Shown piece by piece: positions 33,673 to 43,536 of a stretch of DNA of 248,000 bases. Each line of letters starts with the position of its first letter. The first letter of the stretch is position 1. Position numbers and translations under genes: made by a program. This DNA comes from Hyalangium minutum (lineage in GTDB: Bacteria > Myxococcota > Myxococcia > Myxococcales > Myxococcaceae), in contig NZ_JMCB01000003.1 of NCBI RefSeq assembly GCF_000737315.1, positions 20,001 to 268,000 of the forward strand, read 5' to 3'. The notes below the pieces were generated by a model that did no database searches, was not told the DNA's origin, and saw only the letters and a list, made by a program, of their open reading frames with translations.

Positions 33673-33751
33673 TCGGCGCACAACGGCAGGCGTGGTAGGA
33701 CTTGCCGTTAAAGTTGACTGGCCGCATTTCCGTCCCTATGAAAGAAGCGCA

Positions 33752-34015
33752 ATGACAGAGGAAGAAAAGGTCAAAGCGATGCGGCTCGCCCGCGCCATTG
33801 CCTCGGACATCTCGCTCTACAACGAGCAGAAGATCATCAAGGGCATTGAGCAGGACAACCTCTTCGAGGTCCTCAAGGACGAGCTCGACGAGGGGCGTGA
33901 GCTCTACAAGAGCCGCGTGAGCGCCGAGATCTTCACGAAGACGAACTTCTTCGAGCGGGCCATCAACGACATCGTCCTGCGCTCCAAGGCGCACGTGAAG
34001 TCGAAGATTTGGTAG
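33752..34015 (+). CDS. romX: Cell polarity protein RomX (RomR/RomX GEF subunit)
   Basis: 87-aa MTEEEKVKAMRLARAIASDISLYNEQK..SKIW, matching recalled M. xanthus RomX and its position before rluD. Confidence 0.8.
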   Translation: MTEEEKVKAMRLARAIASDISLYNEQKIIKGIEQDNLFEVLKDELDEGRELYKSRVSAEIFTKTNFFERAINDIVLRSKAHVKSKIW

Positions 34016-34950
34016 CTCCCGAAGCGCGCGAGCACCAGGCCCCGCCCGAGGCCCGTGGCGAGCGGCTGGATCAGCACCTCGCGCGCGCCCATCCCGATCT
34101 CACCCGGTCCCGTCTCCAGGGGCTCATCGAGGCGGGCCACGTCCAGGTGGACGGCCGGCCCGCGAAGGCCTCGCTGCGGCTGCGCGGCGGTGAGCGGCTC
34201 TCCCTCCACATCCCCGCGCCCGTGGCGGCCGTGCCGGTGGCCGAAGCGCTGCCGATCGACGTGCTCCACGAGGATCGGGATCTCGTCGTGGTGAACAAGG
34301 CGGCGGGCATGGTGGTGCACCCGGGGGCGGGGCACGCCTCGGGGACGCTGGTCAACGCGCTGCTGCACCGGGTGAAGGATCTGGCCGGAGTGGGCGGCGA
34401 GCTGCGGCCGGGCATCGTCCACCGGCTCGACAAGGACACCACGGGGTGCCTCGTGGTGGCGAAGAACGAGCGGACGCTCGTGGCGCTGCAGAAGGCCTTC
34501 AAGACGCGCGCGGTGGAGAAGACGTACCTGGCGCTGGTACACGGCCACCCCAAGCCCGAGGGCCGCATCGAGACGCTGTACGGGCGCCACCCGGTGCACC
34601 GGCAGAAGTTCACCGGCAAAGTCAAAGAGGGCAAGCCCGCGATCACGGTGTACCGGACGCGCGAGCTCTTCGAGGGCGCCGCGCTCGTCGAGGTGGACCT
34701 GCTGACGGGCCGCACGCACCAGATCCGCGTGCACCTGGCCGAGGCGGCGCATCCGCTCTTGTGCGATGCGTTGTACGGCGCCGGGCGCAAGGCGAAGGGG
34801 CCAGTGCTCGAGGCCCAGGAGGCGCTGGGGCGCCAGGCGCTGCACGCGTGGCGGCTCGCGTTCACGCACCCGCGGACGGGCAAGGCGCTGAAGCTGGAGG
34901 CGCCGCTGCCCGCGGACTTCGAAGCAGCAATCGCGCGTCTCCGCAATTGA
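34009..34950 (+). CDS. rluD: RluA/RluD family pseudouridine synthase
   Basis: S4 domain; VNKAAGMVVHP, HRLDKDTTG, TGRTHQIRVH. Confidence 0.92.
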   Translation: MVAPEAREHQAPPEARGERLDQHLARAHPDLTRSRLQGLIEAGHVQVDGRPAKASLRLRGGERLSLHIPAPVAAVPVAEALPIDVLHEDRDLVVVNKAAGMVVHPGAGHASGTLVNALLHRVKDLAGVGGELRPGIVHRLDKDTTGCLVVAKNERTLVALQKAFKTRAVEKTYLALVHGHPKPEGRIETLYGRHPVHRQKFTGKVKEGKPAITVYRTRELFEGAALVEVDLLTGRTHQIRVHLAEAAHPLLCDALYGAGRKAKGPVLEAQEALGRQALHAWRLAFTHPRTGKALKLEAPLPADFEAAIARLRN

Positions 34951-35100
34951 ACTCCAGGGCAGGGTGCGTGCTCGCGCGGCGCGTCACTCACCCCGGGGGA
35001 GGAAGGGAGCGTCTCCCCCCAACTATCGGGTCCACATTCACTCCTCGTAAGATTCGCGTGGGCTTCGGAGCTGACGTCGGGCGCCCAGAGATCTCAAGAC

Positions 35101-36084
35101 ATGTCGCTCAAGACGCGATGGCTTGCGAGCATGTGGGGGGTGATTTTGGGAGGGATCGTCATCACGACGATCGCGAGCTCCAGCCTCAGCATCATCGGCC
35201 TTGGGCTGCTGTTGCTGCCGCTGCTGGGGTTCATCGTCTGGAGGCTCGTCAATGACATGGTGCGTGAGCTGACGGAGACTCAGCGGCGGCTCGCCTATTC
35301 GGAGAAGATGGCCGCGGTCAGCCAGCTCGCCGCGGGCGTGGGACACGAGATCAACAACCCCATCACCTATGTCTCCGCCAATCTCGGCTTCGCCACGGAG
35401 ATCCTCGCCGAGCTGAGCGGTACCTCCCGGACTGCGGACTCCCCGCCGCTGCCTCCCGAGGTGGCCGAGCAGCTCCGCGAAGTCTCCGAGGCCCTGCGGG
35501 AGGCGCAGGATGGGGCCCAGCGCGTGGCCCGCATCGTGAGGGATCTGCGCACCTTCGCTCAGCCCGGCAATGCGGCGGGGCAGCTGGTGGAGATCCGCTC
35601 CATCATCGAGTCCGCGCTGAAGCTCGCCTCCAACCCCCTCCTGCTCCGGGCGCGTGTCTTCTGTGACTTCCAGGTGGAGATCCGGGTGAGGGCCCCCGAG
35701 GCGCGGTTGGTCCAGGTCTTCATGAACCTGCTCGTCAATGCGGCACAGGCCATTCCTCCTGGGCACGTCGAGGAGAACGAGGTCCGCGTCACCACGTCCC
35801 TGGGGACCGAGGGCTTCATCGTGGTGGAGGTGAGTGACACGGGGCAGGGCATGCCTCCCGAGGTGCTCAAGCGGTTGTTCGAGCCCTTCTTCACCACCAA
35901 GCCGGTGGGGCAGGGCACGGGCCTGGGGCTGTCCATCTGCCGGAACGTCATCGAGGGGATGGGGGGCACCCTGACGGTGCGTAGCACCGTGGGGAAGGGC
36001 AGCGCCTTCCGGATCACCTTGCCCGAGGCGGGGCCTCTGGGCGCGCAGTTCCCTCAGGACGCGGGGGCGGCTCTGCGCGGGTGA
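35101..36084 (+). CDS. Sensor histidine kinase
   Basis: GHEINNP, NLLVNA, FFTTKPVGQGTGLGL. Confidence 0.9.
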   Translation: MSLKTRWLASMWGVILGGIVITTIASSSLSIIGLGLLLLPLLGFIVWRLVNDMVRELTETQRRLAYSEKMAAVSQLAAGVGHEINNPITYVSANLGFATEILAELSGTSRTADSPPLPPEVAEQLREVSEALREAQDGAQRVARIVRDLRTFAQPGNAAGQLVEIRSIIESALKLASNPLLLRARVFCDFQVEIRVRAPEARLVQVFMNLLVNAAQAIPPGHVEENEVRVTTSLGTEGFIVVEVSDTGQGMPPEVLKRLFEPFFTTKPVGQGTGLGLSICRNVIEGMGGTLTVRSTVGKGSAFRITLPEAGPLGAQFPQDAGAALRG

Positions 36085-36222
36085 GCAGGGGCCGTGCGTT
36101 CCATGTTGGTGCACCTCGCCTCAATCTGGAGCGAGCAGGAGATCCAAACTGGACGGGAATTCCCTCGGTTCCGAGCGGCTCCCGTCTGAAACGGTGCAGG
36201 CACGCGGCTCGCATGGGTGGGG

Positions 36223-38538
36223 ATGAACCCCCAACGAGCAGGTGTCCGCGTGCCTCCGCCGAACAACAGCAGCGAAGCCATCCAGCGCATCTCCCTGAAG
36301 AACCGCGAGTACGCGTACATCGAGGACGCCAACCGCGGTGTGGTGCTGGTGGAGATCGGCCCCAAGGTGCTCACGCTGGAGGCCCACCTCACCCTGGTGA
36401 CCAAGAGCCGGATGATCGAGCTGGGCACCGGCAGCTGGTGCGTGGTGCGCAACCCGGTGGTGCGCGAGGAGGGCAAGGTCTCGTTGGACGACTTTGGCCA
36501 GGCCCGTATCGCCGTGGGCGATCGCGAGGTCCGCGTCGGTCCTCAGGTGTTCCCGCTGTACCCCGGTGAAGAGCTCGAGGGCGAGATCACCCCCGAGTAC
36601 GTGCTGGGAGTCTATGACGCGCTCCGGCTGCGCGCGCTCACGGCGTTCATGGATGAGCGGACCCCGGGTGGGCCGCGCCGCCGCGAGGCCGGTGACGAGT
36701 GGCTCGTGCGAGGCCCTGGCCGCTACGTCCCGAGCGCCGCAGTGATGGTGGTCTCCACCGAGAAGGCTCGCGTCCTGAAGGAGACCGAGTACTGCATCGT
36801 GCTCAACCCCGTGGATCGAACCACTGGGAAGATCCAGGAGGGCCGCCGCAAGGTCATCTCAGGCCCGGACGTGTTCTTCCTGGAGCCGGGCGAGCAGCTC
36901 GAGGGCGACGTCCGTCGCAAGCACGTGCTCTCGGAGATGCAGGGGCTGAAGCTCCAGGCGCTCGATGACTTCTCCGAGCCGGAGGAGGGCGGCGAGCCCC
37001 GGCTGCGCAAGGCGGGTGACACGTGGATCGTCCGTGGCCCGCGCACCTACGTGCCGAACGAGAAGGTCGTCATCCAGAAGGAGATCGTCGCGCTGTCGCT
37101 TGGCCAGGGCGAGGGCCTCTACGTGAGGGATCTGCGCTCCGGCAAGGTGTCGCTGGTCCAGGGGCCGTGCCAGTTCATGCCCGAGGCCCACCAGGAGCTG
37201 CACGAGAAGCGGCTCTCGCCGGATGCCGAGGCGCTGCTGGGCCTGGCGCCGCCCGCGCAGGCGCCGCACCTGGCCGCCGTGGAGGGCAAGGAGGGCAAGG
37301 CGCCGCCGCGTCCGTCCGCCAGCGCTTCGGATCGGGTGGACCGTACGCGCGCCATCGTGCTGCGCATCGAGGACAACACCTCGGTGCTCATCAACGACTT
37401 CGAGACCAACCACGCCCGGGTGGAGTTCGGCCCCGCGAAGGTGATGCTGCGCCCCTACGAGGACGTGACGGTGCTCGACTTGTCCGGCGGGACGCCCAAG
37501 CGCCCGCGGCAGCTCAAGGTGCTCATGCTGCGCCTGGGGCCTGACTTCGCCACGGACCTGTTCGAGGTGGCCACGCGGGACCACGCGCGCCTGCGCATCA
37601 AGCTCTCGTACAAGTGGCAGTTCGACGTGGAGGGGGACTCAGAGAAGGACAAGGCCATCTTCCGGGTGAACGACTTCATCGGCTACGTGTGCGAGAACCT
37701 CGCGTCGCGCATCCGCCAGGTGGCGGCGGAGAACGACTTCGAGACGTTCCACAAGAACGCGAGCGTGCTGATCCGCCGTGCCATCTTCGGGGTGGATGAG
37801 GCGGGCAAGGCGCGCAAGGACCGCCTGTTCAGCGAGAACAAGCTGCGCATCATCGACATCGACATCAAGGACATCGCCCCGGTCGATGACAAGACGGCGC
37901 TCAAGCTGCGCGAGGCCATCGACACCAACATCCAGATCCAGCTGGATGCGTCGAAGCAGGAGGCGCAGGCAGCGGCCGAGCTGAAGCGCATCCGCAGCGA
38001 GGAGGAGAAGCAACTGGCGGATATCTCCAGCCACCGGAAGTCGGAGGCGGAGCGCCAGTCGCTCATCGAGCTGCAGAACAAGAACCATCAGCTGGCCACG
38101 CTGAGCCACGCGAAGGTGGAGGCCGAGGCGCAGCTGGAGAAGGCGCGCGTGGAGAGCGAGGAGGCATTGGCCCGAGCCGAGGCCGAGGCCCGCGCGTCCC
38201 GCATCCGCACCGAGGCGGAGCTCGAGCGCGAGCGGATGATGTCGGAGGTGACGCTGGAGCGGCAGAAGAAGCTGAATGATCTCGAGGTGGATCGTCAGGC
38301 GCGGCTGGCGGCGGTGGAGGCTGATCAGTTCCGCCAGCGGGTCGAGGCGCTCGGGGGCGGAGAGAACTTCGTCAAGGCGGTGGCCGCGCAGGCACAGGCG
38401 GCGGTGGTGGGCGGCCTGGACAAGGTCGTCTTCCTGCCGAGCGGCTCGAACCTGAACCTGTTCGACTCCATGCAGGGGCTGCTCGGCCCTGGAGGCAAGA
38501 ACGGGGTGACGGGCGACAAGAACACCGGCACCCACTGA
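36223..38538 (+). CDS. Major vault protein (MVP) homologue
   Basis: MVP repeats (GDEWLVRGPGRYVP, KAGDTWIVRGPRTYVP), shoulder LGPDFATDLFEVATRDHARL..FHKNA, long C-terminal cap helix. Confidence 0.85.
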   Translation: MNPQRAGVRVPPPNNSSEAIQRISLKNREYAYIEDANRGVVLVEIGPKVLTLEAHLTLVTKSRMIELGTGSWCVVRNPVVREEGKVSLDDFGQARIAVGDREVRVGPQVFPLYPGEELEGEITPEYVLGVYDALRLRALTAFMDERTPGGPRRREAGDEWLVRGPGRYVPSAAVMVVSTEKARVLKETEYCIVLNPVDRTTGKIQEGRRKVISGPDVFFLEPGEQLEGDVRRKHVLSEMQGLKLQALDDFSEPEEGGEPRLRKAGDTWIVRGPRTYVPNEKVVIQKEIVALSLGQGEGLYVRDLRSGKVSLVQGPCQFMPEAHQELHEKRLSPDAEALLGLAPPAQAPHLAAVEGKEGKAPPRPSASASDRVDRTRAIVLRIEDNTSVLINDFETNHARVEFGPAKVMLRPYEDVTVLDLSGGTPKRPRQLKVLMLRLGPDFATDLFEVATRDHARLRIKLSYKWQFDVEGDSEKDKAIFRVNDFIGYVCENLASRIRQVAAENDFETFHKNASVLIRRAIFGVDEAGKARKDRLFSENKLRIIDIDIKDIAPVDDKTALKLREAIDTNIQIQLDASKQEAQAAAELKRIRSEEEKQLADISSHRKSEAERQSLIELQNKNHQLATLSHAKVEAEAQLEKARVESEEALARAEAEARASRIRTEAELERERMMSEVTLERQKKLNDLEVDRQARLAAVEADQFRQRVEALGGGENFVKAVAAQAQAAVVGGLDKVVFLPSGSNLNLFDSMQGLLGPGGKNGVTGDKNTGTH

Positions 38539-38547
38539 GGTTTTGAG

Positions 38548-38598
38548 CACAGTGTGGGGCGGGCTTCTTCCCTCCATTGGACAGAAGTCCGCCCCTCG
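38548..38598 (+). terminator. Hairpin downstream of the MVP gene
   Basis: ggggcgggcttct / agaagtccgcccc inverted repeat; weak U-tract. Confidence 0.4.
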
Positions 38599-38636
38599 GC
38601 TTGTCGCAGGCCCAGCACTCGGTGCATTCAGAACGC

Positions 38637-39005
38637 ATGGCCATCGCAGAGGTGCACATGAGGCTGGGGAAGTTGCTCGGCAGCATCGATGAGGTGCTGG
38701 GCACCCCCAAGGTGGATATTCGCTCGATTGAGCGGCTCATCGATCAGGCGCGCTGGGCGAAGCTCTACATCGACTTCGAGCTGGCGTTTAAGCCCTACCG
38801 CGACGTCCTGGATGCGGACTGGGGCACGCGCAAGTTCGTGTCGGAGACCTCGGCGCGCCAGATGTTCGAGGAGTTCCGCACCCGGCTGGGCGACGTGGCG
38901 GCGGAGACCGCGGGCCATGTGCCGCTGCGCAACCTCCGGGCTCGTGTCGAAGGCGTCCTCAACGTTGCCCAGCAGTGGTGGGGAACACTGGCCCATCCTT
39001 CTTGA
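38637..39005 (+). CDS. Hypothetical helical protein
   Basis: 122-aa ORF with coding-like composition. Confidence 0.55.
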   Translation: MAIAEVHMRLGKLLGSIDEVLGTPKVDIRSIERLIDQARWAKLYIDFELAFKPYRDVLDADWGTRKFVSETSARQMFEEFRTRLGDVAAETAGHVPLRNLRARVEGVLNVAQQWWGTLAHPS

Positions 39006-39050
39006 TGCGTGGGGCCTCTGCTCCGGTGTTGCGCCGGGAGGAGGCAGGGG

Positions 39051-40307
39051 TCAGCGGTGCAGATGGGACTCGGTCTGCTCCAGGTGGCGGCGGGCCTGGG
39101 TGAGGGCCCGCTCCGCGACGGCGGCCTGCTCATCGGCGCGCTCGGCTTCTTCGGTCTGAGCGCGCTCGGCCTCCTCGGCGTTCTGGAGTTCTTCGCGGGC
39201 CTGACGGGCCAGATCCTCGGCGGCTTCGAGCGCCTCGCGTGCGCGGTGGACTTGGGTCTCGGCAGTCTCGAGGACCCGGCGAGCCTGGAGGGTCTGGGCC
39301 TTCATGGTCCGCAGTGCCGCCTGGGCGCGTACCAGGTTGTGGCGTGCGTTCTTCTCGGCCAGGGTGGCCTCGTCCGCGCTTTGCTTGGCCTCCCGGCGGA
39401 GCTGACGCAGCTCCACATCGCGCTGGCGCCGGGTCTCGGCCTCCGCTTCTTTATGGGCCTTGCGCTTCTGAGCGGGAGACTCAGCCGGGACGGCATGCGG
39501 CTTCGGACTCGGCATGGTCCGGACCGGGATTTGTTCCTCTTCCTCCCGAGGCGCCCAAGGGCCTCGCAGCACCTTGGCGTCCGCGCGATGAGGCGTGGGG
39601 GCAGGGCGTGCCGGGGTTTTCTCGGGACGGCGGCTGGGCGGTGGCTTTGGAGGCTTGGGGGCGGGGCGTTCCGGAGCAGGGCCGACGAGCATGAGCGGGG
39701 AGAGTGACCCGAAGCCGGAGCTGCGGAGCGGCTGGGTCAAGGTGCCCCGGGCGAGGATGGCGCGCTCCTCGGCCGTGCCCAGCGCGGCAGCGCGCAGGGT
39801 CTCTTCGACCTGGCGGATGAGATCTCCCGTGGCGTCACGGCCCAGCGCACTCAGCGAGGCGTTGACGTCCTTCATCAAGACTTCGAGCGACTGTTGAAAG
39901 GTGCGGTTGGCATCCTTGAGCTGATCGGTGGCCAGCCCGGACATGGCGCGGCGGTGGGCCAGCTCCAGCGCATGGGCAGAGGAGAGGAACTGATCCATGT
40001 GCTCTGGCTGTCCCTGGGCCAGCCGGTTGACGATCCACGCGGGGACAACGGGGCGCTTGAGCTTCTTGATCGCCTGGGCTTCCTGGGTGTGACCCTCGGC
40101 GGTGAGCGCCTTGGCGAGCGCATCCCGTGTGCGGGTGAACTGATCCAGGGGCAGGGCGTACAGGGCGCGTTGCCGGGCGGCGATCTCCGCCTCGGAGCTT
40201 CCTTGCTTGCCCCGCGAACCGGGAGGCGTTTTCGAGCGAGACGCCACGGGTTCAAGGTGCGATCCGGCGGCGCGAAACGGCAAGTACCTGACTTCCTGGA
40301 GCGCCAT
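39051..40307 (-). CDS. Hypothetical protein with coiled-coil C-terminus
   Basis: LYALPLDQFTRTRD..LKRPVVPAWIVNRLA family-like N-terminus. Confidence 0.7.
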   Translation of the reverse strand: MALQEVRYLPFRAAGSHLEPVASRSKTPPGSRGKQGSSEAEIAARQRALYALPLDQFTRTRDALAKALTAEGHTQEAQAIKKLKRPVVPAWIVNRLAQGQPEHMDQFLSSAHALELAHRRAMSGLATDQLKDANRTFQQSLEVLMKDVNASLSALGRDATGDLIRQVEETLRAAALGTAEERAILARGTLTQPLRSSGFGSLSPLMLVGPAPERPAPKPPKPPPSRRPEKTPARPAPTPHRADAKVLRGPWAPREEEEQIPVRTMPSPKPHAVPAESPAQKRKAHKEAEAETRRQRDVELRQLRREAKQSADEATLAEKNARHNLVRAQAALRTMKAQTLQARRVLETAETQVHRAREALEAAEDLARQAREELQNAEEAERAQTEEAERADEQAAVAERALTQARRHLEQTESHLHR

Positions 40308-40316
40308 GCCTGCTAA

Positions 40317-41294
40317 TCAGTCAGCAGGCTTCGTCGAGGCTGCTTTCCGGGCCAGTTCGAGCTGCTCGCGGATCCACTCTCTGTAGAAGTAGGTGCTTGT
40401 GTACTCGGAGAACTCGACAGGGGCGCGATAGCTCGTCTTCGCGATCCCGACGAGCTCCAAGGCGTCGCCGTTCTCGCGGAGGCACGGGCCTCCACTGTCT
40501 CCAGCCAGTGCGTACGAGGCGGTCTCCCGCATCAGGAGCGGCTCTCCCTCGGAGAAGGTGGGCGGAATGAGCAAGGGCTTCGCGATGCGAAAGGTCTTGC
40601 CGTCCGTCTCTTCCAGAGATGCGACCTCATTGGTGCCTATCCGGCGAGCACCGCCATCCTCAGCATTGGGTCTCGTGACACCGTAGCCCACGCTGATCAC
40701 GGGTTCTGAGACACGGACCTTGGTGCGAGAGAGAGGAACGGCACGGAGTCCGCCAACGAGCGGTCGATCCAGGACAATGACTGCGAGGTCCGCATTGCTG
40801 GAGAGTTCCCGGCTGTCCGACTCACGGGCGTAACGGATCTTGAGCTCCGGATGAGGACGAACCCGCCCAGTGTGCGAGATGACATCTGCTGGCCACTGCA
40901 GGTCCTCTCGCAGGATGCTTCTCTGCTCTTCTGAGAGGGGCCTGTAGCGGACGGTCGTCACAGTGGCGGTCTTGGCGCACTGGGATGCATCAACGACGAA
41001 GGTCCCTGCGTCTTCGGGAGTGGTCCCTGCATGGGAGGCGCACACGCAGTGACCAGCCGTGAGAATGAGCTGAGCATGGGTGAGCACCCCGCTGCACGTT
41101 TTGAAGGCTACGCCTTTCCTGCTATCGAAGGTCGCGGTGACCCTGACGGTCGAGGCGTAGCGGTTCGAGGCATCCAGGACACTCTCCGAGACAATGGAGT
41201 AGCCACCGCTGGTCTGCTGCACCGCACCAGGACCCGCACAGCCGATGAGGGCTGTGAGCGGGAGCCAGATAAGGCATCTTGTGAAAGGGCTCAT
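40317..41294 (-). CDS. Trypsin-like serine protease lipoprotein
   Basis: CSGVL, LTAGHC, ADLA, GDSGGP; lipobox LIGC. Confidence 0.88.
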   Translation of the reverse strand: MSPFTRCLIWLPLTALIGCAGPGAVQQTSGGYSIVSESVLDASNRYASTVRVTATFDSRKGVAFKTCSGVLTHAQLILTAGHCVCASHAGTTPEDAGTFVVDASQCAKTATVTTVRYRPLSEEQRSILREDLQWPADVISHTGRVRPHPELKIRYARESDSRELSSNADLAVIVLDRPLVGGLRAVPLSRTKVRVSEPVISVGYGVTRPNAEDGGARRIGTNEVASLEETDGKTFRIAKPLLIPPTFSEGEPLLMRETASYALAGDSGGPCLRENGDALELVGIAKTSYRAPVEFSEYTSTYFYREWIREQLELARKAASTKPAD

Positions 41295-42208
41295 GGGACC
41301 TGACCTTCAGCGGTGTGCCTGAGTTCACTCCGCACCCACGCTTGATATCCGTGGATGCTCGTGCAGGCTGCGCCCCTTCCCAGGTTCCTGCTGGAGACTC
41401 CGACGAGGAGGGAATGGCCCGAGTCTTCGCGCAGGCAGGGGCCGCCGCTGTCGCCCTTGTAGAGGTGTCCAGACGGTTGCCTCACCAGGATCCTTGAGTC
41501 GCCAGCCACGGGAGGTCTCGTGGCCGTGTTTCTGCTGAACCGGCGGTTTTGATCATAACGATCATAGATCTCATCGTAGGCCTGCCCGGCGATGATGAGG
41601 GTCTCGGGAGGTTGAGCCTCCGTGCGTGCCATAAGGACAGGGGAGATCGCTTCTTCCACGGGACTTTCCAAGTGAATCATCGCAAGGTCCGCGACGCTGG
41701 AGACAACTTCTCCGTGGTCATTCAGGAGCACGCGGAACGCCGGGTGGGGATGGACCACTCCCAGGTAGAGCGCGCTGCTGGAACTGGCTTCATCCTCCAG
41801 GCCTGGGACGGGGGTGTAGAGGATCGTCGAGACGGCCGCCCTCTGGGCGCAGTTCGAAGCATCCATGAGGGAGGCGGACTGCGGGGCGCATAGGCAGTGC
41901 GCAGCTGTCAGGACAGCCCGGCGGTCCACCAGCACGCCGCTGCATCGCTTCGACTGCTCGCCGAGACGGGCGCCGACCACCACCGCCGAGGCGTAGCGGT
42001 TCTCCTTGTCCAACTTGCCCGCGAGCAGGAGCCGATCCGCCTCGATGGTCAGGGCCAGGGACTCCCCGAGCTCCCCAGCGATAGGGCTCGTGACAGTCCT
42101 GGGGGCCGCAGGGGCAGGGGGAGGTCTCGGGGCCTGGCACCCATCGCAGCCCACGAACGCGGTGAGCGCCAGAAAGGCTGTGGCGAGCCAGCCCCGAGGG
42201 GAGGGCAT
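41291..42208 (-). CDS. Trypsin-like serine protease lipoprotein
   Basis: CSGVL, LTAAHC, ADLA, GDSGGP; lipobox FVGC. Confidence 0.88.
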   Translation of the reverse strand: MPSPRGWLATAFLALTAFVGCDGCQAPRPPPAPAAPRTVTSPIAGELGESLALTIEADRLLLAGKLDKENRYASAVVVGARLGEQSKRCSGVLVDRRAVLTAAHCLCAPQSASLMDASNCAQRAAVSTILYTPVPGLEDEASSSSALYLGVVHPHPAFRVLLNDHGEVVSSVADLAMIHLESPVEEAISPVLMARTEAQPPETLIIAGQAYDEIYDRYDQNRRFSRNTATRPPVAGDSRILVRQPSGHLYKGDSGGPCLREDSGHSLLVGVSSRNLGRGAACTSIHGYQAWVRSELRHTAEGQVP

Positions 42209-42209
42209 C

Positions 42210-43532
42210 TCAGAGGCCGGCCAGCGACATGTTCTGCTGGCGCTTGGACAGCACCTTCACCGGCTGGATCGCCATCACGCGCATGAAGACCTGGAGCAAC
42301 TCCGGGTCGAACTTGTTGCGCATCTCCGTCCACATCAGCATCAGCGACACCTCGGGCCCATACGCATCCCGGTACGGCCGCTTGCTCGTCAGTGCGTCGA
42401 ACGCGTCGCAGATGGCGATGACCTTCGCGTACACCCCGAGGCTCGTCTTCGGGATGATCATCTGGATGTTGCCGCGCGTGTCCCGCACCGCCGTCCCGAA
42501 GTCCGCCTTGTGCTCGAACGTCGTCACCACCCGCAGCAGCGTCGAGCGCGTGATGCTCTTCTCCATCAGGATGTTGCGCACCGAGATCAGCGGCGCCTTC
42601 TGGATCAGCACCTTCTCCTCGGACGTCAGCGCCCCGCGCTTCGTCGCCAGCTCGTCCGGGATCGTCGACATCCCCGCGTCGTGGAACAGCGCGATGTAGC
42701 CCAGGTCCCGCAGCTGCGGCTTCGTCAGCCCCAGCTCCGCCCCGAACACGATGCTCATCAGGCACACGTTCACCTGATGGAACACCAGGTACTCCGACTC
42801 GCGCTTCGTGGTGGTCATCCCCAAGAAGTGCGTTCGCTGATCGTACGAGATGTCCACCAGATCCTGGACGAGCCGCAGCGCCTTGGACGTGTTCATCGGC
42901 TTCCCGGCCCGCACCGACTCCAGGTACTTCTGCAGGAAGAACACCGCGCGCGCGTACACCGTCATCGCGTACTTCTTCCGGTCGACCTTGTAGTCGCCCG
43001 GGTTCTCCAGCTTGTCCGCCTCCTTGGCCAGCTTCTCGCGCAGCTTGGAGAACTTGGCGACCTTCATGTTCAGCAGCTTCCGGTCCGCCAGGCCCTCCTC
43101 GCTCGCCTCCGAGGTCTGCTCCTTGCTGAAGATCCATACGAAGTTCTTCAGCTCCGGCAGGGTGATCGGCTTGGAGATGGAGAACCCACCCACGTCCTTG
43201 GCCCGCATCTCCGACAGCAGGTAGCGCTGGTTCTCGATGGCGTTCAGGTCCACCTTCACCAGCATGCTGTTCAGGTAGAAGGAGTCCTTCACCCCCACCA
43301 GATCCAGCCGCCCCTCCTTGGAGACGATCTGGTTCATGATGTCCTGCAGCTGCGTCAGCGGCTTCTCGAAGACGGCGTTGTCCGGGTCATACATCTTCAC
43401 GGACCGCACCAGCATGTAGAGCCCGGACACCATCCCGCGCGCCAGCGTCTGCAGCTTGTCCGAGTGCGCACGGCCATACTCGCCACCGCTGCTCTCGCTC
43501 TGGGCCTGGGTGATTTTCAAGTTGTCGGCCAT
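42210..43532 (-). CDS. HD-GYP-like protein (degenerate)
   Basis: ALFHDAGM and DAFDALTSKRPYR present; GYP motif absent. Confidence 0.8.
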   Translation of the reverse strand: MADNLKITQAQSESSGGEYGRAHSDKLQTLARGMVSGLYMLVRSVKMYDPDNAVFEKPLTQLQDIMNQIVSKEGRLDLVGVKDSFYLNSMLVKVDLNAIENQRYLLSEMRAKDVGGFSISKPITLPELKNFVWIFSKEQTSEASEEGLADRKLLNMKVAKFSKLREKLAKEADKLENPGDYKVDRKKYAMTVYARAVFFLQKYLESVRAGKPMNTSKALRLVQDLVDISYDQRTHFLGMTTTKRESEYLVFHQVNVCLMSIVFGAELGLTKPQLRDLGYIALFHDAGMSTIPDELATKRGALTSEEKVLIQKAPLISVRNILMEKSITRSTLLRVVTTFEHKADFGTAVRDTRGNIQMIIPKTSLGVYAKVIAICDAFDALTSKRPYRDAYGPEVSLMLMWTEMRNKFDPELLQVFMRVMAIQPVKVLSKRQQNMSLAGL

Positions 43533-43536
43533 GGCT

